Notes: a model not told the origin generated them from the letters alone. A stretch of DNA of 64,000 bases from Fimicolochytrium jonesii (GCF_025526975.1 NW_026515676.1:744001-808000), one strand, 5' to 3'; positions 22,500 to 34,463 are shown, numbered from the stretch's first letter. Translations and numbers: made by a program.

Positions 22500-25400
22500 C
22501 TGGACGGTACCGGCCGCGCGAACTATCATCGACTGGAAACAGCGATATATATATTGGAAGGGACTCGACGGTTTATGCCGTTGACTACCCACATTCAGAC
22601 GCGGAGACATCTGCCCGTGGACGGATACAACGCTCAACCAAGCAGGGAGACAGAAGATGGTGCCATGAGGCATTTTCGAAAGCGAAAAAGGCCAGGTCTC
22701 TGTCCCAGAATACATTCATTCTTGCAGTGCATCGACCCCATTCCAGCTCGCATCGCTTACGGTCACCTCCATTTCTGTCGCTTATCGAGTGTCTCGGCCG
22801 GGGTTTGCTCTCGTCCAACCACCCGCAAATACACAGATCCCGAGATGAAAACATGTTCCGTCGTTTCTGGATTTTCAAAAGTGCAAGACTTCTCTCCGTG
22901 GAATGATACACCGGGACAAGTCGCGCATGCTGGAATACTCCTCCTCCAGTGTCATGACGATTCTCAACCCAGTGTGCTGATTCGCGGGTTGGATCCTTCC
23001 ACACACAAAGAAATCGGTCCAACAGAAACGCTAAACACGCTTATTCATTTGATTTTCACCATCGACAGCCTCCTTCCATCCGGTGACACGGTACGAAAGA
23101 TCGTAACAGGCTGAGTTTGTATACTGATCGGTCCAAGCAGGTCGGCACAGGTGTCGCGCGCCGCGCATCGGAGTCGATGCGAGCGAGGTAAATATCAGTG
23201 TTTTCTTCCAGATGGGTGTCATAGCTTATGGCAGCAGTCCACGTTGGTGGAGCCTGCCCATAGTGGGATCCCGCCAATTTCGGCATGTACAGGCCAAAAG
23301 CATCCAAAGACCGTAGACTACAGTCGTGTGCGTGGTCGTCACCAGCAAAGTTGATGCGCTGAATACCGTCCATGACCTCGATCATCAGTGACGCATGGTT
23401 CTGATATGTATACGACGACCTTAATCGCCCCAGTGCCGGCGGGAGAGACATTCTTGCATACCAGCGCTTCCTCGTCTCCTTGCACGGGATCTTGCCGATG
23501 CTCATAACCCTTGCGTTTCCAATCATAACTTTCCAGTCAGGCCGCTCCGACGACGCGAGTGGGAGGTTCACCTTCTTACGGGCATTCTGCTCCAGATGTA
23601 TATGCAAGTAGGATATGTTGATCAAAAAAAACCGCCCTTCCGAACAGCTTGGACCACTCGTAGATGGCGACGATCAGAGTTGGAGGCGGATACGGTTGGT
23701 GCTGGAAGTTGATGTACAAGTTGATGCCCTGCATATCTGATGAACCGATGCTGACAATCCGCTTCGGCCGCAATCGATCACCGCCCTTCACATCCGACAC
23801 TATCCCGAGCAGCGCAAAGCTCTCCGAATACCTCTGAGGTTCCTTCCCCTTGAATCGATCATTGAATGGTTGACTGGGCTCCTGTCAGATAAGGAGGGCG
23901 TAGCGTCCAGGAAACCGACTGGTACGGTAAACTCGCTCCCCATGCGCCCGATCAAGTGCCGTTGTTTGTCGATGGATAACCGTTCGATATGTATGCTGTT
24001 GAAGGAGGTGGAGGGTCGAGGGGAGTAGTGTTTCCAGATCTCCGTGCCAACAAGCCATACTGGCGTCCTAGACCGGATAACCAGATTTCAGAACATGGCA
24101 CGCACTTGCCTTCATCTTGCGGGATGCGTACGTACCTCGAACGGCGACACCAAATACACCTCGCTTGGGAATCCAGCTTTGCTCTCTATCTTCTGGTTGA
24201 ATCTTTTATTTTATCATTATTTTACGTTGGTAACTCCGCCTCCTCCTTCAACAGAGTGAATGCCCCTGGCTCCCACCGCAAAAGCGCGAGGGTGACTTCC
24301 TCACCCAATAGCCGCGACAGGGTCCTCACCGGACCACGGAAACCCCCCTCATCACCTGTGCCTCCCTGTTGCGGGTGGCCGAAATTTCCTGCAGGTCTCT
24401 GCGCTAGCGCAGATGACATTGAGGAGGTTCGTATACCCACGGAAGACCGCCGCAATGTTGCCAATGGTTCGCTTTTCATCGAGGTCTACCAAAAATGCGC
24501 GGTCGGTTCACACCGCGTCCTTTGGTTCAACCGGAGCGACGGCGCTCGCAGGGGTCCATTGACACTCTCATGAATCTGGTGCGTCCACCCGCGCAAGGCC
24601 TTTCGCCATAGTTGCTCTAGTTGCTGCTCTAACGGCCTCGACAATTCTGAGGGAACTCGCCGGCGCGCGATCACGTCAAACATATCGGTTCCATCCGTCT
24701 TCTTTCCAGAAACTTGGCCGACTGACTCCTCGACTTCTGTTTTATTGTCTTCATCCCAAGCTTCACGCAAGGCGGCTCGGCCGGGCTTGACTATTGCCAA
24801 GCAATGGTTTCTGTCCTTCTTCTCCGCCATCTGGAACGCTTGTGGCACTCCTCCGTCTCTCACAGTCACCGTCGTTCGCTCATACGGTCGCAGGGGTCGT
24901 TTTCCATCACTCTCCAGTGTATAAACCCACCGAGATGAGGATCAGTGTCCAGGCCTGGCTTCCCATCTCGCTGCTTGTGCTTGTTGTCTGGGGGCGGTCG
25001 TCCAGCATTACTTGGTGGAGAAGCTCAAGAGAAACAGACATCCGGTTAAAAGTCCGTAGCAAAACACATGAGAAAAACAATTAAAATCGCTACCTGGGAA
25101 AACGCGTCCCCCAAAACCGCGATATGAGAGACCCTCAGAATCGTAAGTCAGCGGCGGATCGCAATGTCTTCCAGCACAGTGGTGAAGAAGATCATGTCCA
25201 TCGCCTCCTATGTGGCCAACAGTAGACTCGTCCAGGTGCATCAGGCACTTCATAACTCTGGTATGCCACATCTTGTCCATTCGATCGGGTTCTGAACGAC
25301 AAGGTCGGCGGCGGATAGCAGCAAGCGTTTTTGGCCAAGCAACCTCTCCGCAACCCACTTCCATCGCCTTGTGGTGTTGCACCTACGTGGATCAACCGAT

Positions 25401-25850
25401 GTGCATAGGTGGCATATCACCATCTTGGCACAAGCTAAGCTACGTCACGGGAAGACTCGCAGAATCTGCTTTATTCCGTCCCCGGCAAATTCATCGTCCG
25501 TGGGCCACGATGTTCTTTGCTATCCTTGATCAACTTCTCCTTGACACCCATGCCCGACGCCTTTATCCCACCTTGCACGCATTGCCTTGCTTTGCTTCAT
25601 GCGCTCCCTCTTCTTGTCATCCGACAACTAGCTTGCATCGGTTGAAAAATACTCCCCGATGCACCTCTCGTTCGAAATCGTCGGGATGTTCCCCATGTAG
25701 ACGCCATTCCTCTGCTTATTCCTTGGGGATATTTCTTGCCGCGGTTCAACAGGTCGTTGTCGCCAGATATGAGCCGTCCTTTCTCCCGCCGCCGCTGCCT
25801 TTTCCTTTGTCGTCACAATGGGAGAAGTGGCCTCAGATTGCACATTTCAG
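22500..25850 (-). pseudogene. Decayed, intron-containing coding-like region of unknown family (boundaries approximate)
   Basis: Minus-strand exon-like segments with GT/AG signals and in-frame stops (e.g. RRWKWVAERLL...PEL*SA*...EAMDMIFFTTVLEDIAIRR*). No intact model could be built. Confidence 0.3.
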
Positions 25851-26461
25851 TATTCAGGCCCATTTTATCTTTTTTTTTCTCCATTGTCATTTGCAAAGGG
25901 AACCAGACGACGCAGACAACCGGCCTTGAATCATACAGCGCCTATCAAGTCGTCAATCGCCCTCCATTCTTTAAATTTACACGAGTTTGATTCATCTTCT
26001 CTTTGTTGTGGAACTCGTTACTTTATTCCCCTTCACACACACCACTCGTTTTATAGACATTCGATCGGACGGTCTGCGCACACACAACCAGCTCTCTATC
26101 TGCAGAGAAGAAAAGGGGTACGGCAACTATAAAAAGGAAGCTGTGGCTGAAACTGGTTGTTTACAACACTCTTCCCTTGTCGGGGCGAACTGACTTTCAA
26201 GGCTTGAAAGCGAGTGCAAGGAAACTGAGCATCAGCATAATACTTGATAGTTTTCTGCGTAACTTGGCGAGAACTGTGGGCCTGAGGGGAGGGGCTGCAC
26301 GTGCTGCCAGGGCACATCCGAGCAATCTCAACGCTCTCGTACATAACAGGAGGGTACTCTGCAACTTTCAGGCCGCAACCCACATCACCTCGCTCCAACA
26401 ACCACCAACAAACCGCCAATCGCTTGCGAGAGCACATACCTGTACGTACATTTCCGGCATA

Positions 26462-27241
26462 ATGCTGAACAGCGTCTCGCCTCCGTCCTACGCAGCAGCG
26501 ACAAGCTTCTGCTGTATCTCCCTTCACGAAAGCGACAAACTCCGCCTCCTCAACGTACCCCAGGAACTCATCCCAGACTTCGCCGCCCTTCTTACCCGGT
26601 CCTGGCAGAAAGGCGTGCAGCGCGTTCAACGTTACGGCCCATCACTGGAATACAAGCTGAGTGGCAGGCCATGGCGTGGTCAAGGAGACGACGCAATTAC
26701 TTGCCGCTTGCTCGCCCGTGATATCCTGTCATTTATGTTCTCTCGAGGCTGGCGGCTTGCAGTCAGCACCGACCTTTCGAAAAAGCAAGGCGACAGCGAC
26801 TCGTGGTTCTTTGAGTCATTTGTCATACCACACTCTACGAGGGCCCCACTCGCTGGCGGTGCAGGATCCTCAAAAATGGACCCCCACTTCGGCGCCATCT
26901 CCTTCAACCGATCAGACCGCATCCGTCTCATCGGCCTCCCGCCAGACCTCCAAGCCACCATTGTCCAATGCGTAAAGCAAAGCTGGGCGCGCGGAATCCA
27001 GCATCACGGACCCTTCGACTCTGACCCACGGGCTTATGAGTTGAAGCTAGCCGGAAACCCTTGGCACACGTATGGCACAGATACGATACTCTCTCGGTCG
27101 CTTGCGCTTTCGTTACTGCATTGTATTAAGATGAATGGGTGGGAGATCTATGCTTCGGTGGATCTGGGCGGACGGATTGGCACCAATGATTGTCCGGCTG
27201 GGGATTTGGATAGCTGGATTATTAAGGCGGTCGTTCTTTAG
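26462..27241 (+). CDS. Uncharacterised protein with two internal repeats (intronless, 259 aa)
   Basis: Repeat 1: ISLHESDKLRL...SWQKGVQ...EYKLSGRPW...GWRLAVSTDLS...DSDSW. Repeat 2: ISFNRSDRIRL...SWARGIQ...ELKLAGNPW...GWEIYASVDLG...DLDSW. Confidence 0.85.
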   Translation: MLNSVSPPSYAAATSFCCISLHESDKLRLLNVPQELIPDFAALLTRSWQKGVQRVQRYGPSLEYKLSGRPWRGQGDDAITCRLLARDILSFMFSRGWRLAVSTDLSKKQGDSDSWFFESFVIPHSTRAPLAGGAGSSKMDPHFGAISFNRSDRIRLIGLPPDLQATIVQCVKQSWARGIQHHGPFDSDPRAYELKLAGNPWHTYGTDTILSRSLALSLLHCIKMNGWEIYASVDLGGRIGTNDCPAGDLDSWIIKAVVL

Positions 27242-27650
27242 ACATCATTTTGAACAATCGCAGTTGCAATCTGCTGTAGATATATTTGGAGAGGTGCGGT
27301 GGCGTCTGTAGGGGACGATAATGTAGGGGTTGGCTAGAGTTGATACCATTTACTTGCGGATTCGAGTTCGCCATTTTTTTTTGGAATAGGATATCCTGTC
27401 AGTGCGGTTCTCCCTCAGGACTATGAAATGCCTACTGTAGAGTCCCATCCAGTATGGAAGACGCTGGTCGCCCCAGAAATGACTTGAAAATCTACTTCTC
27501 AGGCTCTCGTTTTGCACCATGATGTAGAGAGTGGACACGCGAAGCTCATCGTGGGAAGCAGGAAAGGGTTTTTGCAGCAGGTTTGATGTGCATCCGATAC
27601 GCTATCCGATGCTTTTATGTACAAAATGTATATTTTACGTCGCAGTAGGC

Positions 27651-27750
27651 GTATATACAAGGCGCTCAAAGTATATACAAGTATGTACGAGGGGGCTGGC
27701 ATATTTACAAGTGTGTTCAGGCGGTTGCACCTATTTACAAGTATTTACAA
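27651..27750. repeat. Degenerate 10-bp-phased repeat NTAT(A/T)TACAA
   Basis: Units start at 27651, 27671, 27681 (variant), 27701, 27731 and 27741. Confidence 0.7.
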
Positions 27751-27857
27751 AGAGTTTGAACGATCTAGAAGTGTTGAGAAAGGCTCCATGTTCACTGAAG
27801 CCCCGGTGTTTTCCCACGTTCGAACGAGTGCATGTCGTATGGACTTCAACGAAAGAC

Positions 27858-28425
27858 CTAGTCATCTATGACTGGGAACCCGGTGCAAGCCGTGCATTCC
27901 CCGCCAGAGAAAAAATTGCCGGTGTCGGTCTCGACGCATCCGCCGTTGATGGCGCTCCAGCAATCATCCGGACAGTTTGATGTGCGCTGTAGGGAGGGCG
28001 AAAGGATAGGAGCGAACAGGTGTAAGAAATACATGATACAAGGAGAGCAGAAGTGGAGGTGGCATCATAGGATCGTTGACGTACCGGACGGTTGCAGACG
28101 TTGTTGCCCGCGTTGCCGACGTTGCCGCCGATCCGACCACCAACGCGACGGCCGCGGTTGTCGTCGTCGTCGTCGTCATCACCACCATCATCATCATCAC
28201 GACGTGCAAGGGCTTGTGCGGTGCGGCGTTGAAGACTGGCTATTAGAGCAAAGGCGGTTCATGCGTCAGTTCAATCCATCCCGTACCCCGGCTGGATTTC
28301 AAGACGTGTTAACTGGACTCACCTCGCCTAGAAGTCAGAGATTTCCCGGCGGATACCTCGGAAACTGAGAAAAGTACGGCCAGCGCAAGGACGAGCAGCA
28401 CGAGCCACGAGCGGGTGCTGTGCAT
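27858..28425 (-). CDS. Secreted six-cysteine prepropeptide, 128 aa; exons 28425-28323, 28239-28085, 27986-27858
   Basis: Signal peptide MHSTRSWLVLLVLALAVLFSVSEVSA, RR sites, poly-Asp spacer, then VGGRIGGNVGNAGNNVCNRPRTSNCPDDCWSAINGGCVETDTGNFFSGGECTACTGFPVIDD*. Two GT-AG introns (83 and 98 nt) keep the frame. TATTTAAAA at 28543-28535. Confidence 0.85.
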
Positions 28426-29333
28426 GTTTGCAGTGTTGTTTCTGGGATTGGGAATGGAGAAGGGCGTGGAAGGGATGTGTTCGTTGGGATGGTGGGAGGT
28501 TGATGGGGGCGGAGGAAGAGATGTCCTTCTCCTCTTTTAAATACTCGCCGGCTGCCAGTCCTCGCATCGTCAAGTTCCCAACACCCGCTATAGACGCATG
28601 CAGCTTCGAGTAGGCGCGTCCAGTAGACGCGTCCATATATTAATTACAGCATAGACGGTGAAACACACAGTGAAACACGGGGAATTAGGGTTAAGGTTAA
28701 CGCGCCACCCGGAAAGGGGGACATGGCGTCAGTGGACCCAAAGCTGTGCACGCCCTGAAATAAATGAGCGACTGCCGCAAAGCCAAATACCCGTGAGTGA
28801 CCGACATTGATTTCATGTTTTATACCTTCAACACGGCAAACGTTAATCCTGTGTCACCGGCATAAAGCTTTTTAGGGTTTTGGCGATTAGAGTTTTTTAA
28901 GGTTTCTGGAATCGTCGAACGTGTCGAAGGAGGATCGGCGTTGTAACTTGCAAGTCAATTGCCGCTTTCGGACTACGTAGTATGCTACTATGCAATGCCT
29001 TTCGGACTATGCAGTGGAAGCAAGACGCGACGCCCCTTCAAGATGAGACTTTGATGGGACTCTCTGCTCCGGCGATGGGCAAAGTGCGTGGTTTCATGTC
29101 AGACGCCCACAAGTCGAGGCGGATCCCGGTTCCAAGCTATCACCCAACCTTAATTCATCCAACTCCGCCAAGCTTGATGAACTCCAACGCAGCAGTAGTA
29201 GTAAGTAGCAGCAGTAAGGAGGAACAGGATCAGGAGGGGAATCCTGCTAATGGCGAACAAACCCGGAGATTCGCCAACCCTCGGCAAAGGGATGTCGGCC
29301 ATGAACCCCGCGACATGCATATGTTGAACCCCA

Positions 29334-29340
29334 TATAAAA
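29334..29340 (+). promoter_or_regulatory. TATA box (TATAAAA)
   Basis: About 120 bp upstream of ATG 29458. Confidence 0.55.
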
Positions 29341-29457
29341 GGTCCCGGGTGGTTTCCTTTCCCTGCGCCGTTGCACCCCTCCTTCTTGTGTCCATCCGTC
29401 GTCCACACCAGCATAGTCAACAGATTCATTTCCACTCGACATCCGCATCCTTTCAAC

Positions 29458-30861
29458 ATGGTCATAGTGAACGCCCTTTTCATGGCCGCCTTGCATCTCA
29501 CCGCAGTCATAGCTATCCCTACCCCCGGCGGTGGTGGGCGGGCCGTCAGCCCACCTCCATCTCCACCAGCGGTAGCCGATTGCACCACCATGGCGGCGCC
29601 GGCAGCCGCCACGGGAGTCGGGGACGCTGCCCCGCCGGCCGTTGAAGTGCTAATGAACGGCACTTTTGGCGGGGCAACCGGATTGCGGCCCAATGCCAAG
29701 AACAACGTTCTCTATCCCACTGGTGTATGTTCTCGCATTTTCCTTGCAACGTCCTACCATCGCGTGTTTAACCCAAATATCAGCCCCACGGCGCGTTCGA
29801 GGTGGAATTCCAGGGCTCTGCTCCAGCGGTCGTCGTCGTCACCACAAAATCCAACCCGGTCGCCCCCCCACCTGGGTTCATCTTCATGGACCCTGTCTCC
29901 TACGTAGTCTCCCTGGGCCCCAACGTCACTGGAGCAACATTGCAGAAGATTGATTTTTTCTTCGATCCGACCGGTATGTACGCGTTTTCCGTTGTCAGCA
30001 AAGAATATCCCATTCCGCGCATACTCAGCTTCACCTTCCTCCTCCTTTGTGTTTGATTTAAAAGCGTCGTTTGTTTCCCAAGTGGACGTTGCTCAAGGCC
30101 GTATCGGCAAGCTCTCCGCAGAGGGCACTTTCATCGTCGACAACACAATCGGCGAACTTGAGTTTGAGGCGGAAGAGAGAGAATACACACTCACCGTGAA
30201 CGACTTGAACGGTGAATGGGGAATCTTCATCCCTGCCACGGCGGTGACGCTTAAGAGAGAGGAAGGCAAGGAGGCCAAAGTGGAGGTTGTCCTTCAAAGC
30301 GACTTTGGGAAAGGCACCCCGGTCTCTGGAGGAGATTTCAAGAATGACATCGCTTTCCCGACTTCGGTGAGTAGAGCTGGTGTACTTCCCGTTGACTGAA
30401 CTATATATTCTAACCGTGTTCTGCCCTTTCCTTCCTTTCTCCGTCAGGATGTCGGTCTGTTCGAGCTCGAATACAATGCCTCCACCCCGAACGTACTCAG
30501 CGTGACGCAAAACAAGAATCCCGCCGCTGCACCACCCGGTTTTAAGTTCGTCGACCCAACCAGCTTCGTCGTCAAGATGGCTTCCCCGGTGCAGAACGCC
30601 ACCCTCCAAAAAATCGACTACATCTTCTCCGCTGCCACCGCGGCCGCCATCAACGTGAGCGCGGGTGTCATCGGCAAGTTCGATGCTGCGAGCATGTCGT
30701 TCAAGGTCGATGGACTGGGCGAGTTTGAGTTTGAGGCCGACGAAAACGAGTGGACTCTAACGGTGCAGGATCTCAATGGAGAATGGGCGACTTTCATTCC
30801 AGACGCTGCTGCAGCCCCTGCTGCATTGCCTGATGCGGTCGTACATATTTCTTCTGTATGA
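29458..30861 (+). CDS. Secreted protein with two tandem beta-rich repeats, 4 exons
   Basis: Signal peptide MVIVNALFMAALHLTAVIA. Both repeats contain FExE(F/Y), APP(P)GFxFxDPxS(Y/F)VV, ATLQKID(F/Y), GExEFEAxE and TLTVxDLNGEW. Confidence 0.85.
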
Positions 30862-30928
30862 GAAAGTCCAATTCTACAGAGCACGTACATACTCGCGATG
30901 GTGTACGCTGCAGCTGTTGTACATAACT

Positions 30929-30987
30929 TGTTTGATACGGACGTAGTTCACCCATTGTAAATGTTTGATACGGACTTAGTCCACCCA
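30929..30987. repeat. 26-bp direct repeat, two copies with 2 mismatches
   Basis: TGTTTGATACGGACGTAGTTCACCCA and TGTTTGATACGGACTTAGTCCACCCA, between two convergent genes. Confidence 0.85.
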
Positions 30988-31087
30988 CGTACAGTAAATT
31001 TGTATGAATATACGAATCGGCAATACCTGTTCTAATGACAACCCACCTAATTTCTAGTCAATATCGGGAGATGCTCCCGCTACCGAT

Positions 31088-32756
31088 CTACACAATCAAA
31101 CAAGACCGCCCGTCCTCAAATCCCCATTTGCGTCCAGCGGAGTCAACAGTGGTAACGGTCTTGTTGGCACATGTCTTGATCAAACACGACTGCTGGTTTT
31201 CGAAACCCCATTGCCTTCCTGCCGCATCAACCGCCGTGATGGCAGTGCTTTCGCAAGTGCGGACCATACAGGATTTGCCTTCCTCAAATCCCCATGCTCT
31301 TCCTCTAGAATCCGTGGCGGTTATCGTTATGCCGGTGCATATCGGCGGTTGAGAAGGGGCGGGTTCCGAGGTGGGTGAAGGCTTTGGTGGAGGCAACGGT
31401 GCAGTGGGAGACCCGGCATCTGCCTCGATAGCTGCCATAGGGTCAATGACCAATTGCTTCATGTACGGGTCACCAGGATGCACTGTAAACCCGTCGAAGT
31501 CCTCGTAACTGGGACCTGCCACCATCCACACTAAGCTTGTGTCGATTGCGCTGCGACCCAGAGCCGCATGCCACTCGGAAATGATGCGGGGACGGGAGCC
31601 TTTGTCTTTGATTCCATATTCTTCCCACAGCACCGGCTTGTTCAGACGCTCTGCAGTGAGGGAATGATCCTGGATAGTCTTTAGCGCGTAAGACTGTAAG
31701 TCCGTGCCAAAGTTTTCGGGGTAGGTGTGGAACGTCCCAAAATCCAACGTTTGGATGGCCATGATCTTCTCAAAGTCCGTGCCATCAGCACCGTTGTCGG
31801 GATATGACTCTCCGCTTCTCGCATAGAACCCTTCGTCACCGGATGTGACGAGATGGTTGCGGTCGAGTGATTTGATGAATGTCGACATCTCCGTCATCCA
31901 GGAGGCGATGTCGGCCGAAGAGCATGAGCCGGATGGAAGCTGGTCAGCTTTACATCGCGCTTCGTTTGTCAGCTCCCACGCCAGAATGGTTGGATCTTGG
32001 ATGTATGGTGTGCCCGTCAACGAATTACGTCGCTGGACGATATGTGAAACGTACGCTTTGTAGGCCCTGGACTTAATATGTCAGGTGGGCCATTCTATCG
32101 ATCGCTGAAAATCAACATGTTCTTACTCTTTGATGTCCGTTCTCTTGTAGAAATCACCGTGGCTTGATCCTCCGAACGACTTGACATCTGTTCCGACACA
32201 TATGAGCGTCAGACTGACTATCAGGCTTCAGTGCAGGGAAACCTACACAAATCCATTCCGCCGAAGTCGCTCCAGTTATTCACCAACGGCAAAATCAACT
32301 TGATCCCCTTCAATCCCGCCTGCTGCACAACGTAGTCCAGCATTTCGAGTCCCGTTGAACCATCATTGAACTTTGTTTGGCGACCGTCGAATGATTGAAA
32401 CCAAACGCGTTTGCCTTCGTCGGCGGCGACGACATCGGAGAAGGCCCACGTGCGAACAACCTTGATCTTGAGAGTACTGGCTGTTTGGAAGAAGTCATCG
32501 GCTAGGCGCCTGTCGTTGAACGGAATGTAATACCCATTCGTCCCGTGGAATGGGAACGACCTGTTGACAACAAAGGGAAAGCCGACTGAGCCGTGAGACT
32601 TCCTCCTGAAACGATGCTGGCTACTGGCTCGGGCGTATGCACTTACTTTCCATCCACGAATTTCGTTCCGGAGGTTGCGACAAAGCCGCTAGGGGCATTT
32701 GCGGCAGCAGACACAGCAGCAAGACCTGTCGCGAGAAGGAGGAGGGGACAAAGCAT
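31088..32756 (-). CDS. Secreted GH5 endo-beta-1,4-mannanase (GH5_7-like) with three C-terminal CBM10-like modules, multi-exon
   Basis: Signal peptide MLCPLLLLATGLAAVSA, VVRTWAF, LVNNWSDFGGMD, acid/base WELTNEAR, nucleophile LWEEYG, Pro-rich linker, then three repeats of C-x8-DxxGRxWGFExxxSC. Confidence 0.9.
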
Positions 32757-33713
32757 GCCTGGATTGCTAAAGACGGTCTATATATTTCTGCTATGATTCT
32801 ATGAAATGCTCTGCGAATGTCTTTGATAAGTCTCACTGAGGATTCAGGAAGACCTTGCCTTAAGTATTCATTGGCAACTGCTCAATCGAGTCATGATGCA
32901 TAGCAGAGTCGCTTGTAGAAGCCGCTGCGGGTGCTCGACGCCCTCGATCTGGTGTTTGGCCCCCCCAAATCACCAGAATCATGTGCCGTGTCCCGTATCA
33001 TAACCCTGAGTCCCCAAGATCGAAACTCGTGGTGCTATCATGTAACGTCAAAGGAAGGTCAGCGACAACGGGTCCTTTCGAGAGGACTGTAGATGTGTTA
33101 TGCGGGTTCTAGTACAGTCCGTGTGCGAGGGTATCCTGCTGTCGATAGCGGGCGAAAGTGCGACGCTGGCCCTCGCTTGAAACGTGTTTGACGCGGAAGC
33201 GGGGAGTAGCTTGCCAGCTTGGCCGCGGGGTTTTGACGGATTTCGACAGCGCGCCAGGTTTCCCTGTGACCCCAGGACGAGGAAAAGACCAGGCCGCGAA
33301 GTTCGATCTGGGGCTGGTAAGACGCTACCGCCTCACCTTTTGCGGGGTTCAGCGTACTCGCCTGTTCCTCCATCCCAACTTTCCCGGCTTACATGTACAA
33401 CTTCTTAGACTTTCCATCTGCTACAAAGCTCAATCTCGCCTGAATCATATCCGCTGAGGACGACAGACTGGCTTGAGCCATAGCGAGAAGGAAGAGCTCG
33501 CCGCACAGCCAGCACAAGGGATCCTCCGACCTCTTTGATAGTATTCATTTCGCGTTGAACATCGACCGTCGCAACCTACAGAGTTGAGGGCATGCTGAAT
33601 CTGTTTCTCCAACCTAGGGTCCAAGCCCAATCCATTTCTAGCGATTCAACTACGTCTATGACTATGTTTATGCCTATATGGTTGTTCATCGACTTTCCGA
33701 AATAGGATCCAGC

Positions 33714-34463
33714 CTAGGTTCCATTTTTGTCAATGTTGAAAAGGATGTCCAAGAACTGTGATTTGCGCCTGTGGTTGCTTACCCAAGATATGACACATGG
33801 GAAAATGAGATCATCCCACATCCTCATGTTCGCGCCGTCCATCTGTCGCTCCGGGTCCTCGTCAACTCCCTCAACTCCCCCGCCGCTGTCTGCCACGACC
33901 TCAACTTCGCCGAAAGCAAAACCAATGTTGGGGGTTGAGACGGCGCTGGGTGTGGTAGTGCGGGTTGGGCCGGGTGTTGTGCGCTGGTGATCTCCTTCCC
34001 GGTTCTGTGCCCATGCAGCCTTGTCAACAAACTGGGGGATCCGCGCCCAGGACCGCATAGCGAGAGGGTCATTTGGGAGAACCGGAGCAAAAATGTCATC
34101 TATAATACATGGGTGAGTGTGCTGTCAATGCATGCGGGAACCCGGTCGCCTTACCTAGAGACAGCTTCTGCCCCTTTTTACGCCACTTGAATTCCAGGTA
34201 AGGGGCGTACATTCCCCACATGTCTCGCTGACCTTCATCCATTTTTGCTTTTGCCGTAGCAAATTATGGATGATATGGTGGACACCCGCTCGCATTTGGG
34301 CACCGCTCATGAAAGGCCGATATCTTGCGAAAACGTGTCCGGTGACACTCCTTCACGTATGCCTCATTGTAGCGTTCTTTGACAAACGCAACGACATCCT
34401 CCCTGGAGGTAAAGTACATGCGGCGTTTGGGGGGGCATGGGGCGGTTTCCATAATATTCCACA
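33714..34463 (-). pseudogene. Decayed hypothetical gene (boundaries approximate)
   Basis: The frame YFTSREDVVAFVKERY...PPYHP*FATAKAKMDEG...WRKKGQKLSL runs through a single TAA (34264-34266) to a GTAAGG donor, followed by another exon-like ORF. Confidence 0.35.

Noticed and set aside
28686..28880. Telomere-like TTAGGG words
   Set aside because: Isolated single or degenerate copies, not an array.
30929..30987. CRISPR-like repeat
   Set aside because: Only two copies with a 7-bp gap, in a eukaryotic context with no cas genes.
34264..34430. MULE/FAR1 transposase N-terminus (YFTSREDVVAFVKE)
   Set aside because: No DDE domain or terminal inverted repeats seen. Kept only as an unclassified pseudogene.
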